Part shown: positions 41,105 to 48,781 of the stretch, one piece after another
Layout: each line of letters begins with the position of its first letter
Position numbering within the stretch: position 1 is the stretch's first letter
IMG/VR virus record: IMGVR_UViG_3300030099_008323
Location: 96,001-160,000 of that record
DNA length: 64,000 bases
DNA from: a virus
Direction: 5' to 3' (one strand)
The notes under the pieces: generated by a model
Databases searched by the model: none
Told to the model about the DNA's origin: nothing
The model's input: only the letters and a program-made list of their open reading frames with translations
Program-made: the position numbers and the translations under genes

Positions 41105-41384
41105 TTTCAATAATTTGCAACTTTTCATTAATTTGTTGTATCTTGTCTTGATGAATAGCTGCACCATCATCACAAGCCTGTTGGTAGCCTCTAACCCAAT
41201 TTTCCTCTGCTATAGCTAGAAGAAATTCTGGAAATTGTGTTGCCATAACCTCTACTATCATCTCTACAGTAACATTAGAATCTTCTGGATTTAATTCTTT
41301 GCCAACATATTCAACTAGCATATTTTTTAAATCATTCTCTGGTTCAACTAATTCTTTTAAACTTAAATTTTCATTTATTTGCAT
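41061..41384 (-). CDS. Hypothetical protein
   Basis: 107-aa ORF coupled to phoH (TAATG-type overlap). Confidence 0.7.
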   Translation of the reverse strand: MQINENLSLKELVEPENDLKNMLVEYVGKELNPEDSNVTVEMIVEVMATQFPEFLLAIAEENWVRGYQQACDDGAAIHQDKIQQINEKLQIIENETKKTKSCKLCKE

Positions 41385-42691
41385 TACAATACCTTTGAAG
41401 CCAATGTCGCAACTTTTGACCTCTCTCCTTTAATTAATGTTATATGAGCAGAAAGCTCATGCGATTTGAATTTTTCAACAGCGTATGAAAGACCATTTGA
41501 CGTTGAATCTAAATACACGCTATCAATTTGTTCTACATCTCCTGTTAGAATAATCTTGGTGTTCTCACCAACTCTTGTAATTATAGTTTTTAATTCATGA
41601 GTTGTTAAGTTTTGTGCCTCGTCAATAATAATAAACGCGTTTGATATTGTTCTACCTCTAATATATGTAAGTGCTTCAATTTGTATTGTACCATCCTCAA
41701 AAAGATAGCTCATGTGGTCTTTTTTTCCGTTCAACAAGAAATCAATGTTGTCTTGTATTGGCATCAACCATGGCTTCATTTTTTCTTCCATTGTGCCAGG
41801 CAAATAACCTATATCTTTACCAAGTGGTTGTACTGGACGAGACACAACTAGTTTTTTATAATTGTTGTCTTCTAGCACCTGTTCTAAGCCTGCAGCTATG
41901 GCTAATAAAGTTTTTCCACAACCAGCCTTACCAACTAAAGTAACAATTGGTATTGTTTCGTCCATCAATACATCTAATGCAAACATTTGCTCTTTGTTTC
42001 TAGGTCTTAGCCCCCATATTCCACTCTTAAACTCTCTTACTTTTTGCAGTGGCGTGTTATAATTTTTAAATTTGACTAATGCTGTTTTTTTCTCATTTGC
42101 ATTAGATACCATCATTATAAATTGATTTGATTTAAAATTAGCCTCATCAACATCAATAATCACTTCTTTACCTTCATATATACGATCAATGACTTGATCA
42201 TCGACTAAATGATTTGTTAAACCAGTAAATAATTCACTGCAATCGGTTATAACCTTGTTGGTGACGTAGTCCTCTGTTAATATTCCTAAAGAGTCACATT
42301 TTACACGCATATTAATATCACGGGTAACAACAATAACTTTTCTTTTAGGATTGTTTTTTTGTTCTGTGATTGCAGTGGTAATTATTTCGTTATCAGCACT
42401 CTTAAGATCGCAGGATTCCGGCATGTCTTCAATATTAAAACCTCGTACAGACAAAATGCCTTTGCCTTTTTGCACTCGGACTCCTTTGTGTAAATTACCC
42501 TTTGATCTAAAACCATCTAATATTCTTATGGTCGACCTAGCATTTAATCCGACGCCATCCTGTCTTTTTTTATGCTTATCTATCTCATCTAAAACTTTTA
42601 AAGGTATCACTATGTCATTGTTACTAAACTCAAAAATAGAATTCGAGTTTGTTAAAAATACATTAGTATCTAATACGTAAATTTTTTTCAT
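41384..42691 (-). CDS. phoH: PIN-PhoH fusion (PhoH2/PhoL type)
   Basis: YVLDTNV...LDEID...DNEII...TRDINMRVK (PIN); GKAGCGKT, RGRT, IIDEAQN, GD.EQID (PhoH). Confidence 0.93.
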   Translation of the reverse strand: MKKIYVLDTNVFLTNSNSIFEFSNNDIVIPLKVLDEIDKHKKRQDGVGLNARSTIRILDGFRSKGNLHKGVRVQKGKGILSVRGFNIEDMPESCDLKSADNEIITTAITEQKNNPKRKVIVVTRDINMRVKCDSLGILTEDYVTNKVITDCSELFTGLTNHLVDDQVIDRIYEGKEVIIDVDEANFKSNQFIMMVSNANEKKTALVKFKNYNTPLQKVREFKSGIWGLRPRNKEQMFALDVLMDETIPIVTLVGKAGCGKTLLAIAAGLEQVLEDNNYKKLVVSRPVQPLGKDIGYLPGTMEEKMKPWLMPIQDNIDFLLNGKKDHMSYLFEDGTIQIEALTYIRGRTISNAFIIIDEAQNLTTHELKTIITRVGENTKIILTGDVEQIDSVYLDSTSNGLSYAVEKFKSHELSAHITLIKGERSKVATLASKVL

Positions 42692-42727
42692 GCTTTACTC
42701 TTACCTGAAAAACTAGTTAATCATACA

Positions 42728-43480
42728 ATGCTCAGGATTTTAAATTATTTAGTTATTATTTTGTCATGTCTCACTTTAAATAGTTGCGCCATGCAAACAA
42801 ACATAGTTAAGTCTCTAGAGGATGCAAAAAAATCAGTTTTAAAGATAGAAACATGGGCAAGGCTAGGGCAGTGTAATGAAAAAACTATGACCTGCGGAGA
42901 TTATGAAATGCTGTCTATGGGCTCTGGCGCCATAATACTTTATAAAAATTCAAAAAAAGTATTAACAGCAGCGCATGTGTGTAAACAAGATGATTTTGAG
43001 CAATTCATTCGAATCAATAATGGTGATTTTTATTTAAAAGCAATTGACAGAGAGGGCAAAGAATATATTCTAGAGAGAATTAAACACAATAAAAAACAAG
43101 ATATATGTCTCCTTCAAAGTGTATCTGGGCCTCTTGGAGATGGACAATATTTAAAGTTATCTGTTAAAAAACCCGAATATGGTGAGCAAGTTTATAACTT
43201 GGCCGGCCCGTTAGGTATAATTGAAGGAGAGATGGTGCCGCTAATGCATGGACAATATTTTGGAGAACAAGATGGTAGCGCTTTCTATAGTATTCCTGCA
43301 ATTGGAGGATCATCCGGATCACCAGTAGTTAATTCTAGAGGAGAATTAATTGGTATGATTCACTCTGTGCACTTTCGTTTTCATCATATTTCTCTGTCTG
43401 CAACACACTCGCAGCTTTGGAATTTTTTAGCGCACGTACATAATCATACATTACGATTCCAGAACTCGTCCCAACATTAA
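42728..43480 (+). CDS. Trypsin-like (S1) serine protease, probable lipoprotein
   Basis: LTAAHVC, QDICLL, GGSSGSPV triad; signal peptide with LNSC lipobox-like site. Confidence 0.88.
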   Translation: MLRILNYLVIILSCLTLNSCAMQTNIVKSLEDAKKSVLKIETWARLGQCNEKTMTCGDYEMLSMGSGAIILYKNSKKVLTAAHVCKQDDFEQFIRINNGDFYLKAIDREGKEYILERIKHNKKQDICLLQSVSGPLGDGQYLKLSVKKPEYGEQVYNLAGPLGIIEGEMVPLMHGQYFGEQDGSAFYSIPAIGGSSGSPVVNSRGELIGMIHSVHFRFHHISLSATHSQLWNFLAHVHNHTLRFQNSSQH

Positions 43481-43985
43481 GACTTCTTACAGACCCATAT
43501 TGTGGAATTTCAATACAATAATCAGATAAATTTATAGCTTCCTCGGTTAAACCTACTCCCTCTTCTCCAAACATCATTAAAGGTGGTTTTTTTAAAGATA
43601 GCCAATTAAATTTATCTAATGTATGGACTTTAAGATTAGATACGTTGTTCTCGATCGCAATTATAGTATAATTATTTTTCAGCTCTAAAAGTTGAGATAA
43701 ATTACGTTCAAGATGTGTAAGGCAAATATAATGGTGTGTGCCCACTGTGCCGCGTCGGTCATAACGCTTCTTGCCCACATAAAACACCTCTCTAGCGCCA
43801 AAAGCATTTGCATTGCGAATGAGAGTACTAATATTAAAATCTCCTTGCCAATGTTCCATACATACTGCGAAGGGTTTAGAGTTTTTTTGAAGGTCTTTTT
43901 TAATCGATTCCGTAGGCCAGTCTTTATATTTATCAACAACATTTCTAGTCCACATGCTCCAATAGTCAGACATTATCAGCGCCAA
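43335..43985 (-). CDS. SpoU/TrmH-family (SPOUT) RNA 2'-O-methyltransferase
   Basis: FNISTLIRNANAFG, FGEEGVGL, IEIPQYGSVRSLNV; start uncertain. Confidence 0.9.
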   Translation of the reverse strand: MALIMSDYWSMWTRNVVDKYKDWPTESIKKDLQKNSKPFAVCMEHWQGDFNISTLIRNANAFGAREVFYVGKKRYDRRGTVGTHHYICLTHLERNLSQLLELKNNYTIIAIENNVSNLKVHTLDKFNWLSLKKPPLMMFGEEGVGLTEEAINLSDYCIEIPQYGSVRSLNVGTSSGIVMYDYVRALKNSKAASVLQTEKYDENESAQSESYQLILL

Positions 43986-44289
43986 TAATTATTATATCAT
44001 CAGTATTTAAATTTGCAAATAAATTATGTTGTTTATTTTCTATAGCGACAATCGCGTCTTCAATACTATTGTGTTGACCGCAACTTTCATTTGGGTATGA
44101 TATAGCATTATATTTTATCGATAATTTATTTTCAGCAATCATATATAAATTTTTACAATTGTTTTTTTTTATGTCACTGCATGTTTTATTTCCCTTGACT
44201 TCAATAAAAATATGTCCTAAACATATACCGTCTCTCCAGACATATTTTTTTGATGAGAGAAAATTATCTTTTTTTAAAAAATATTTCAT
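43966..44289 (-). CDS. Hypothetical protein
   Basis: 107-aa ORF coupled to neighbours. Confidence 0.55.
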   Translation of the reverse strand: MKYFLKKDNFLSSKKYVWRDGICLGHIFIEVKGNKTCSDIKKNNCKNLYMIAENKLSIKYNAISYPNESCGQHNSIEDAIVAIENKQHNLFANLNTDDIIIIGADNV

Positions 44290-44492
44290 TAGTAATTTTC
44301 TTGAATTTCAGTTATTTTTGGGTAACTAGTTTTATATTTGATGGTAATAAAACCTTTAATTTTTGAAGGCTTGGTCGCCTCAATGTGAATTATCTGCAGG
44401 TTTCTACAAAGACAACAATCGCATGCATTATGGCTACCATAATTGCTAGCAATTAACTTTGTATTGCACTCCTCACATTCAATTATAGTCAA
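44289..44492 (-). CDS. Small Cys-rich (zinc-ribbon-like) protein
   Basis: CEEC...CDCCLC; GGAG RBS; TTG start. Confidence 0.6.
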   Translation of the reverse strand: MTIIECEECNTKLIASNYGSHNACDCCLCRNLQIIHIEATKPSKIKGFITIKYKTSYPKITEIQENY

Positions 44493-44534
44493 TTACTTAC
44501 TCCATCATAATTAACTAGCTACAATTATAATATT

Positions 44535-44611
44535 TGGTTGGCCCAACGGGACTTGAACCCGTGACACCCACTTTATAAGAATGGCGCTCTAACCTACTGA
44601 GCTATGGGCCA
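44535..44611 (-). tRNA. trnI: tRNA-Ile, anticodon UAU, encoded CCA
   Basis: TGGCCCA TA GCTC AGTAGGTTA GAGC G CCATT CTTATAA AGTGG GTGTC ACGGG TTCAAGT CCCGT TGGGCCA A CCA; all four stems pair, A73, 77 nt. Confidence 0.95.
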
Positions 44612-44615
44612 GTAA

Positions 44616-44786
44616 TCAATCTAGTAGTAGCTGTAATTGCTTATCTTTTTTTTCAGTAAGATTCTGCTCTTCTTGCACTTCCATATACTGAAGGCTAGCT
44701 AAATGAGGATACTTCTCAAACACTTGCGGAAGGGTCAAATTTTCCGTCATTTGAATTTTTTTTATTTCTTCGCTTACCTTTCCCAT
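44616..44786 (-). CDS. Small hypothetical protein
   Basis: ATG 44786 (MGKVSEEIKK) 8 nt after GGAG. Confidence 0.6.
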   Translation of the reverse strand: MGKVSEEIKKIQMTENLTLPQVFEKYPHLASLQYMEVQEEQNLTEKKDKQLQLLLD

Positions 44787-44997
44787 TCTTTTTATTCTCC
44801 TTTTTAATATCAAAATCAGGGTGCAATCTAGTTTTTACTACAAACATATCTTTGGAAGCTAAAAATTTAACTTTAACTTGCATGCCCTTATGTGAATCAT
44901 TACCTTCCCAAATACTTAATAACTTTTTTCTTTTTGTATCAGCCAAATCAAATGATTTATGAAAGCTTTCATTTTTCCATGGTTTATTTACACTCAA
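44716..44997 (-). CDS. Hypothetical basic protein
   Basis: 93-aa ORF, GGAG RBS, TTG start. Confidence 0.65.
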   Translation of the reverse strand: MSVNKPWKNESFHKSFDLADTKRKKLLSIWEGNDSHKGMQVKVKFLASKDMFVVKTRLHPDFDIKKENKKNGKGKRRNKKNSNDGKFDPSASV

Positions 44998-45073
44998 AAT
45001 ATTCTCCTTGTAATAGTGTTTGCAAACTACAAAGATATTATAATAACAAATATTATATAATTTAAACTAATAT

Positions 45074-45586
45074 TTAATTATTTGAATTATTATATTCTAC
45101 TCTAGTGCCTAGCGCTCTATCGACCCAATCAGTGGTTACTCCCCAGTTAGCATCTTGGTTCTTGCCCATGTGATGATCATAGTGCCATGGTAAGTGCTGT
45201 TTGCACCAAGCTGGATCTAAATGAGCTTTTTTATGTATTATATAATATTTTATTGCACAATATATTAAAGTAATGTAAAATAAAGGAGTAACTAGTATTA
45301 AAGGTAAGTGAAAAATACCTAATACTATCAAACCTATTATTTCTCCTCTAGCAGCTGGATCAAATAAACCTTTACTATAATCTGGATCGTAGTTATTGTT
45401 TTTACGAGAGCTTCGATGATGACCATGCCAATGTGAAGCCCATCTACTTTTTTTATTTTTTCCTAAACCATGTAATACATACTTATGCAAAACCCACTCT
45501 AATATATTGGAATATATAATTCCAAGCGGGATGCATAAAAGATGCAATGCTGCTAGCAAGGTCACCCCATAGATTGGTACCTCCAA
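45074..45586 (-). CDS. Fatty acid hydroxylase/sterol desaturase superfamily membrane protein
   Basis: His boxes HKYVLH, HWHGHH, HKKAH, HYDHH with intervening TM segments. Confidence 0.85.
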   Translation of the reverse strand: MEVPIYGVTLLAALHLLCIPLGIIYSNILEWVLHKYVLHGLGKNKKSRWASHWHGHHRSSRKNNNYDPDYSKGLFDPAARGEIIGLIVLGIFHLPLILVTPLFYITLIYCAIKYYIIHKKAHLDPAWCKQHLPWHYDHHMGKNQDANWGVTTDWVDRALGTRVEYNNSNN

Positions 45587-45625
45587 AGATAACTAGCAGT
45601 AAGTGTCATAAAAACAAATAAGTTA

Positions 45626-45916
45626 TTATTTTTTTAAACCTTTCTTGCCTCTTTCAGCATCACTTTCATTTTGCACACCATGTCTAGTATCTTCTTTCAT
45701 ATCATCATCGCGCTTAGGATCGCCGTGTTCTTTAACAACAGCTTCTTCGACATTCTCTCTTAGAAGTCCACGAACAATAGTATTACCAAATTTCATATCA
45801 TAAACACCAATTTCTCCGTTTTCATTTAATGAGTGCCACAAAACTTCTCCTACTGCATCTTCATCAGAAATGCCGTATCTCTCTTGAAGGTCTGAACTCA
45901 GACGCCCTTCCCTCAT
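45626..45916 (-). CDS. Hypothetical protein
   Basis: 96 aa (GEVLWHSLNENGEIGVYDM); in frame with and directly after the TGA of 45917-46063. Confidence 0.65.
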   Translation of the reverse strand: MREGRLSSDLQERYGISDEDAVGEVLWHSLNENGEIGVYDMKFGNTIVRGLLRENVEEAVVKEHGDPKRDDDMKEDTRHGVQNESDAERGKKGLKK

Positions 45917-46063
45917 TCATTTGTGTTGGATGGCTTTAAGCTCTTTCTTTTCCTTGCTTGTTAAACTCTTCTTTGCTTTAAGTTCTTTTTGCCTAGCTTT
46001 CTGAGTTTTTGTCAACTCACCTTCATTAACAAAATTTCTAAAGTTTTCAAATAATTTTTTCAT
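45917..46063 (-). CDS. 48-aa basic protein with type-A leader (not in ORF track)
   Basis: AAGGAG RBS, MKKLFENFRNFVNEGELTKTQKARQKELKAKKSLTSKEKKELKAIQHK*. Confidence 0.8.
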   Translation of the reverse strand: MKKLFENFRNFVNEGELTKTQKARQKELKAKKSLTSKEKKELKAIQHK

Positions 46064-46064
46064 T

Positions 46065-46559
46065 TTAGTTCTCCTTGAACCATTCTGGTTTTATTCCTTG
46101 TAAAATATGTTTCTCATACTCTTCTTTGGATTTCTTATCGTCAATCTCGCCTTTAACTAGCTTTTGCACAAAACCTAAAGTAATTGCATTAGCCACTATA
46201 TCTGCACACCTGGCAGTTACTTCGTTTTTAAGTTGGTCTACAATAATACTTTCACTAGCTTCTGCTATGGGCTGCATTTTATCCTCCGGAACATCGATGA
46301 TCATAGTTGAGTATACATAATCACGATGTGGCTTAGGACAGCAGTGCTCGATCGATTCATCTCTTACATATGTTTTTGTAAATTTAGATATCTTATCATT
46401 CCATAAAAGCATATTGCTAGTTACGTCATCAGGCTCGCCATATTTGCTGATTAATTCTTCAGAGTACTTTTTAGCATCGTCATGTTCCCAATTTTTTAAA
46501 ACATCAGATGCTTTTTCTTCATTTATAAATCTTCTAAAATTTTCAAATAGTTTTTTCAT
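46065..46559 (-). CDS. Type-A leader protein with globular cargo domain
   Basis: MKKLFENFRRFINEE followed by KYGEP...HCCPKPHRD...TARC...NAITL. Confidence 0.8.
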   Translation of the reverse strand: MKKLFENFRRFINEEKASDVLKNWEHDDAKKYSEELISKYGEPDDVTSNMLLWNDKISKFTKTYVRDESIEHCCPKPHRDYVYSTMIIDVPEDKMQPIAEASESIIVDQLKNEVTARCADIVANAITLGFVQKLVKGEIDDKKSKEEYEKHILQGIKPEWFKEN

Positions 46560-47032
46560 TAGCAGTTACAATTCCATTTTCTTAAAGCTTTATTAATTCT
46601 ACTATTAGGATCTCTTTTTCCTTTTGCTCCAGTTCTTTTCTTTTTCATTCCGCACATTCTAGAACAAAAAGATTTTCTTCTTTTTGCAGCTTTACCGCCC
46701 TTTTTAAGCTTGCTAGGTTTTTTAGTAACTGCAGTTTTTAATTTTGATCCTGGGTTAGCTTTTCTATAACGTTTAACTCCTTTAGCGGTTAAACCACCAG
46801 ATTTTGATTTGTCGCCACTTTTAACAGAAAATTTCTTAGGCATTTTACCTTTACGTTTTTTCTTTTTTTCCTCTAGCTCAACTTCTTCTTTTTGCAAAAA
46901 CTCGCTACACCCAACCTTTTCACGAGGATCTTCTAGAAGCTCTTGCAACAAATCTTCATCTAATTGTTCTTCTAGAACATTTTGTATTTCTTCTTCAATA
47001 ATTTGTTTTAGTTTTGATTTTATAATATTCAT
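46559..47032 (-). CDS. Type-B leader protein: acidic spacer plus highly basic Cys-containing module
   Basis: MNIIKSKLKQIIEEE...ELEE then KKKKRK...GGLTAKGV...RRKSFCSRM...ALRKWNC. Confidence 0.8.
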   Translation of the reverse strand: MNIIKSKLKQIIEEEIQNVLEEQLDEDLLQELLEDPREKVGCSEFLQKEEVELEEKKKKRKGKMPKKFSVKSGDKSKSGGLTAKGVKRYRKANPGSKLKTAVTKKPSKLKKGGKAAKRRKSFCSRMCGMKKKRTGAKGKRDPNSRINKALRKWNCNC

Positions 47033-47247
47033 TTCTTTTTTGATAAATCCTGAGTTTTTGCTTTAAGAATATTTGATTTAACAATAAATCTTAATATTTT
47101 TTTTAATTTCTTATCTTTAAGATCTGGGTCTTTAATAGATTTTTTTAAATAATTCAAATCTTTTTTTGAAAGACCATGGCCTTCACTTAAGACGTTAGCT
47201 AGCTCTTCTTGAATAATTGATTTTAAATCTAATTTGTTAATTTTCAT
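47029..47247 (-). CDS. Type-B leader small basic protein
   Basis: MKINKLDLKSIIQEELANVLSE. Confidence 0.8.
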   Translation of the reverse strand: MKINKLDLKSIIQEELANVLSEGHGLSKKDLNYLKKSIKDPDLKDKKLKKILRFIVKSNILKAKTQDLSKKK

Positions 47248-47251
47248 TAGC

Positions 47252-47548
47252 TTATCCCTTTGTTAAGCCTACTTGTAATTCATGAGCCATTTCAGATGCT
47301 ATAGATTTAAGATCAAAAGTAAGATAGCTATGCGCGCTGGTTGGCTGCATTTGCGGCATTACACCGGCCTCTTTTAAATCTTCAATCATTTGACCAAGAT
47401 ATTTGTTAACAACACTTACATATATTTGGCTACTATCAGGCCTCTTCGCGTCCATGGCCTTATTGACATCACCAATATCAATCTCTTGAACAACACTTTC
47501 CAGCTCTTCTTTAACAATTTGTCTTAATTGTGATTTTGTAATTTTCAT
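47252..47548 (-). CDS. Type-B leader small protein
   Basis: MKITKSQLRQIVKEELESVVQE; AAGGAG RBS. Confidence 0.8.
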   Translation of the reverse strand: MKITKSQLRQIVKEELESVVQEIDIGDVNKAMDAKRPDSSQIYVSVVNKYLGQMIEDLKEAGVMPQMQPTSAHSYLTFDLKSIASEMAHELQVGLTKG

Positions 47549-47573
47549 TATAATTATTCTCCTTTTATTTCTA

Positions 47574-47819
47574 TCAACGCAGTCTATTAATTTGAATATT
47601 TAAATTTTGCAAAGCTTCAACAGCAGCTGCAAGACTAGGTCGTAATGGTGTCATTGGATCACTTGGATTTTGGTCTAACATGTCAAGCATGTTGCCTAAA
47701 TAATCTGACATGCCACTAATTTTTTGAACCTCCTCAGGACTAAAAGGCCCGCCTTGATTAACGACTTCCGCCAGCTCTTCTTTGATAATTTGTTTTAATT
47801 GTGATTTTGTAATTTTCAT
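47574..47819 (-). CDS. Type-B leader small protein
   Basis: MKITKSQLKQIIKEELAEVVNQ. Confidence 0.8.
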   Translation of the reverse strand: MKITKSQLKQIIKEELAEVVNQGGPFSPEEVQKISGMSDYLGNMLDMLDQNPSDPMTPLRPSLAAAVEALQNLNIQINRLR

Positions 47820-47822
47820 TAA

Positions 47823-48182
47823 TCAGTCTCCATATTTTTGACGATCACGTTGCAATTGAGCATCCATTTCTTCTCTATCTCTCATATTATCAGCAAATTT
47901 AAGATCTGCAATATTTTCAGCTGCATCCTCTAAATCTGAATCTACTAATAAGTAGTCTCTCATCTTATTAAGATTGTTTGCCGCAACAGCCATTTTGTTT
48001 GTCCACCAGGTTGGAAGATGGCCATCCATTTGCTCTAAAGCTTGGAGCATTTGGCCGGCATCTTCAATGATAGTTTTCATTGCACGACGAGCTGAAGATG
48101 CGTCTTCGTGACCGTCTTCATTGAGAGATGCCTCTAATTCTTCTTTAATAATTTGTTTTAATTGTGATTTTGTAATTTTCAT
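47823..48182 (-). CDS. Type-B leader small helical protein
   Basis: MKITKSQLKQIIKEELEASLNE then LPTWWTNKMAVAANNL..MRDYL. Confidence 0.8.
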   Translation of the reverse strand: MKITKSQLKQIIKEELEASLNEDGHEDASSARRAMKTIIEDAGQMLQALEQMDGHLPTWWTNKMAVAANNLNKMRDYLLVDSDLEDAAENIADLKFADNMRDREEMDAQLQRDRQKYGD

Positions 48183-48781
48183 TATTTATCGATCCTACCA
48201 ACCGCTCTATTATACTTGCGGTCAAAAGACGTCTGACGCGCTACCACGACTCGTGCTTCTTTAGCGTCCTTTTCACCACGGTGACCGACCCCACCTAGAA
48301 TTGTATAAGACTTATCTATCGCATCGTCTAGCCACTTGCCGTGGCTGAGCCCGAGGAGGCCTCCTGTTCCTCCTGGTTGGGCTTTACTATAGATAACGGC
48401 ATAGATACTATTAAGAAGCTCGTTTTTTGATGCTTGTACAAATTTATATCTATGGCCTAGGCTGCTTTGCATATTATCCCAAGGTTTATAAAATGTATCT
48501 ACAAGCTGTTCGGCGCTTTGCTCCAGGCCCTGCGGTGTGACTCTACGGCTTGATAATTCACCCGCAAGCTTCTTCCATTCACGATTAAAATACGGTATTA
48601 ACGCGCGCTGTTTATAGTCAGCCAGCTTCGCATTACTAATTATTTTTTGTTCTTCAGCTTTTCTATCCGGTGCTGCAGAAGCGTCAGCTGCCCTGGCGGC
48701 CGCCAACGCTGAATTTTCATTCAAAACACTTTCCAGTTCTTCTTTAATAATTTGTTTTAATTTTGATTTTGTGATTTTCAT
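48182..48781 (-). CDS. Type-B leader protein
   Basis: MKITKSKLKQIIKEELESVLNE. Confidence 0.8.
   Translation of the reverse strand: MKITKSKLKQIIKEELESVLNENSALAAARAADASAAPDRKAEEQKIISNAKLADYKQRALIPYFNREWKKLAGELSSRRVTPQGLEQSAEQLVDTFYKPWDNMQSSLGHRYKFVQASKNELLNSIYAVIYSKAQPGGTGGLLGLSHGKWLDDAIDKSYTILGGVGHRGEKDAKEARVVVARQTSFDRKYNRAVGRIDK

Larger units (their letters stand above)
47504..48781 (-). repeat. Four near-identical ~45-nt gene-start repeats encoding the type-B leader (starts 47548, 47819, 48182, 48781)
   Basis: ATGAAAATTACAAAATCACAATTA is identical in three copies; the 47819 and 48182 copies are identical over 35 nt. Confidence 0.9.

Noticed and set aside
39299-48781. CRISPR-Cas (Cas4-like nuclease plus repeated ~45-nt units)
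   Set aside because: The repeats are coding gene starts spaced 270-600 nt apart; there is no cas1/cas2 and no array.
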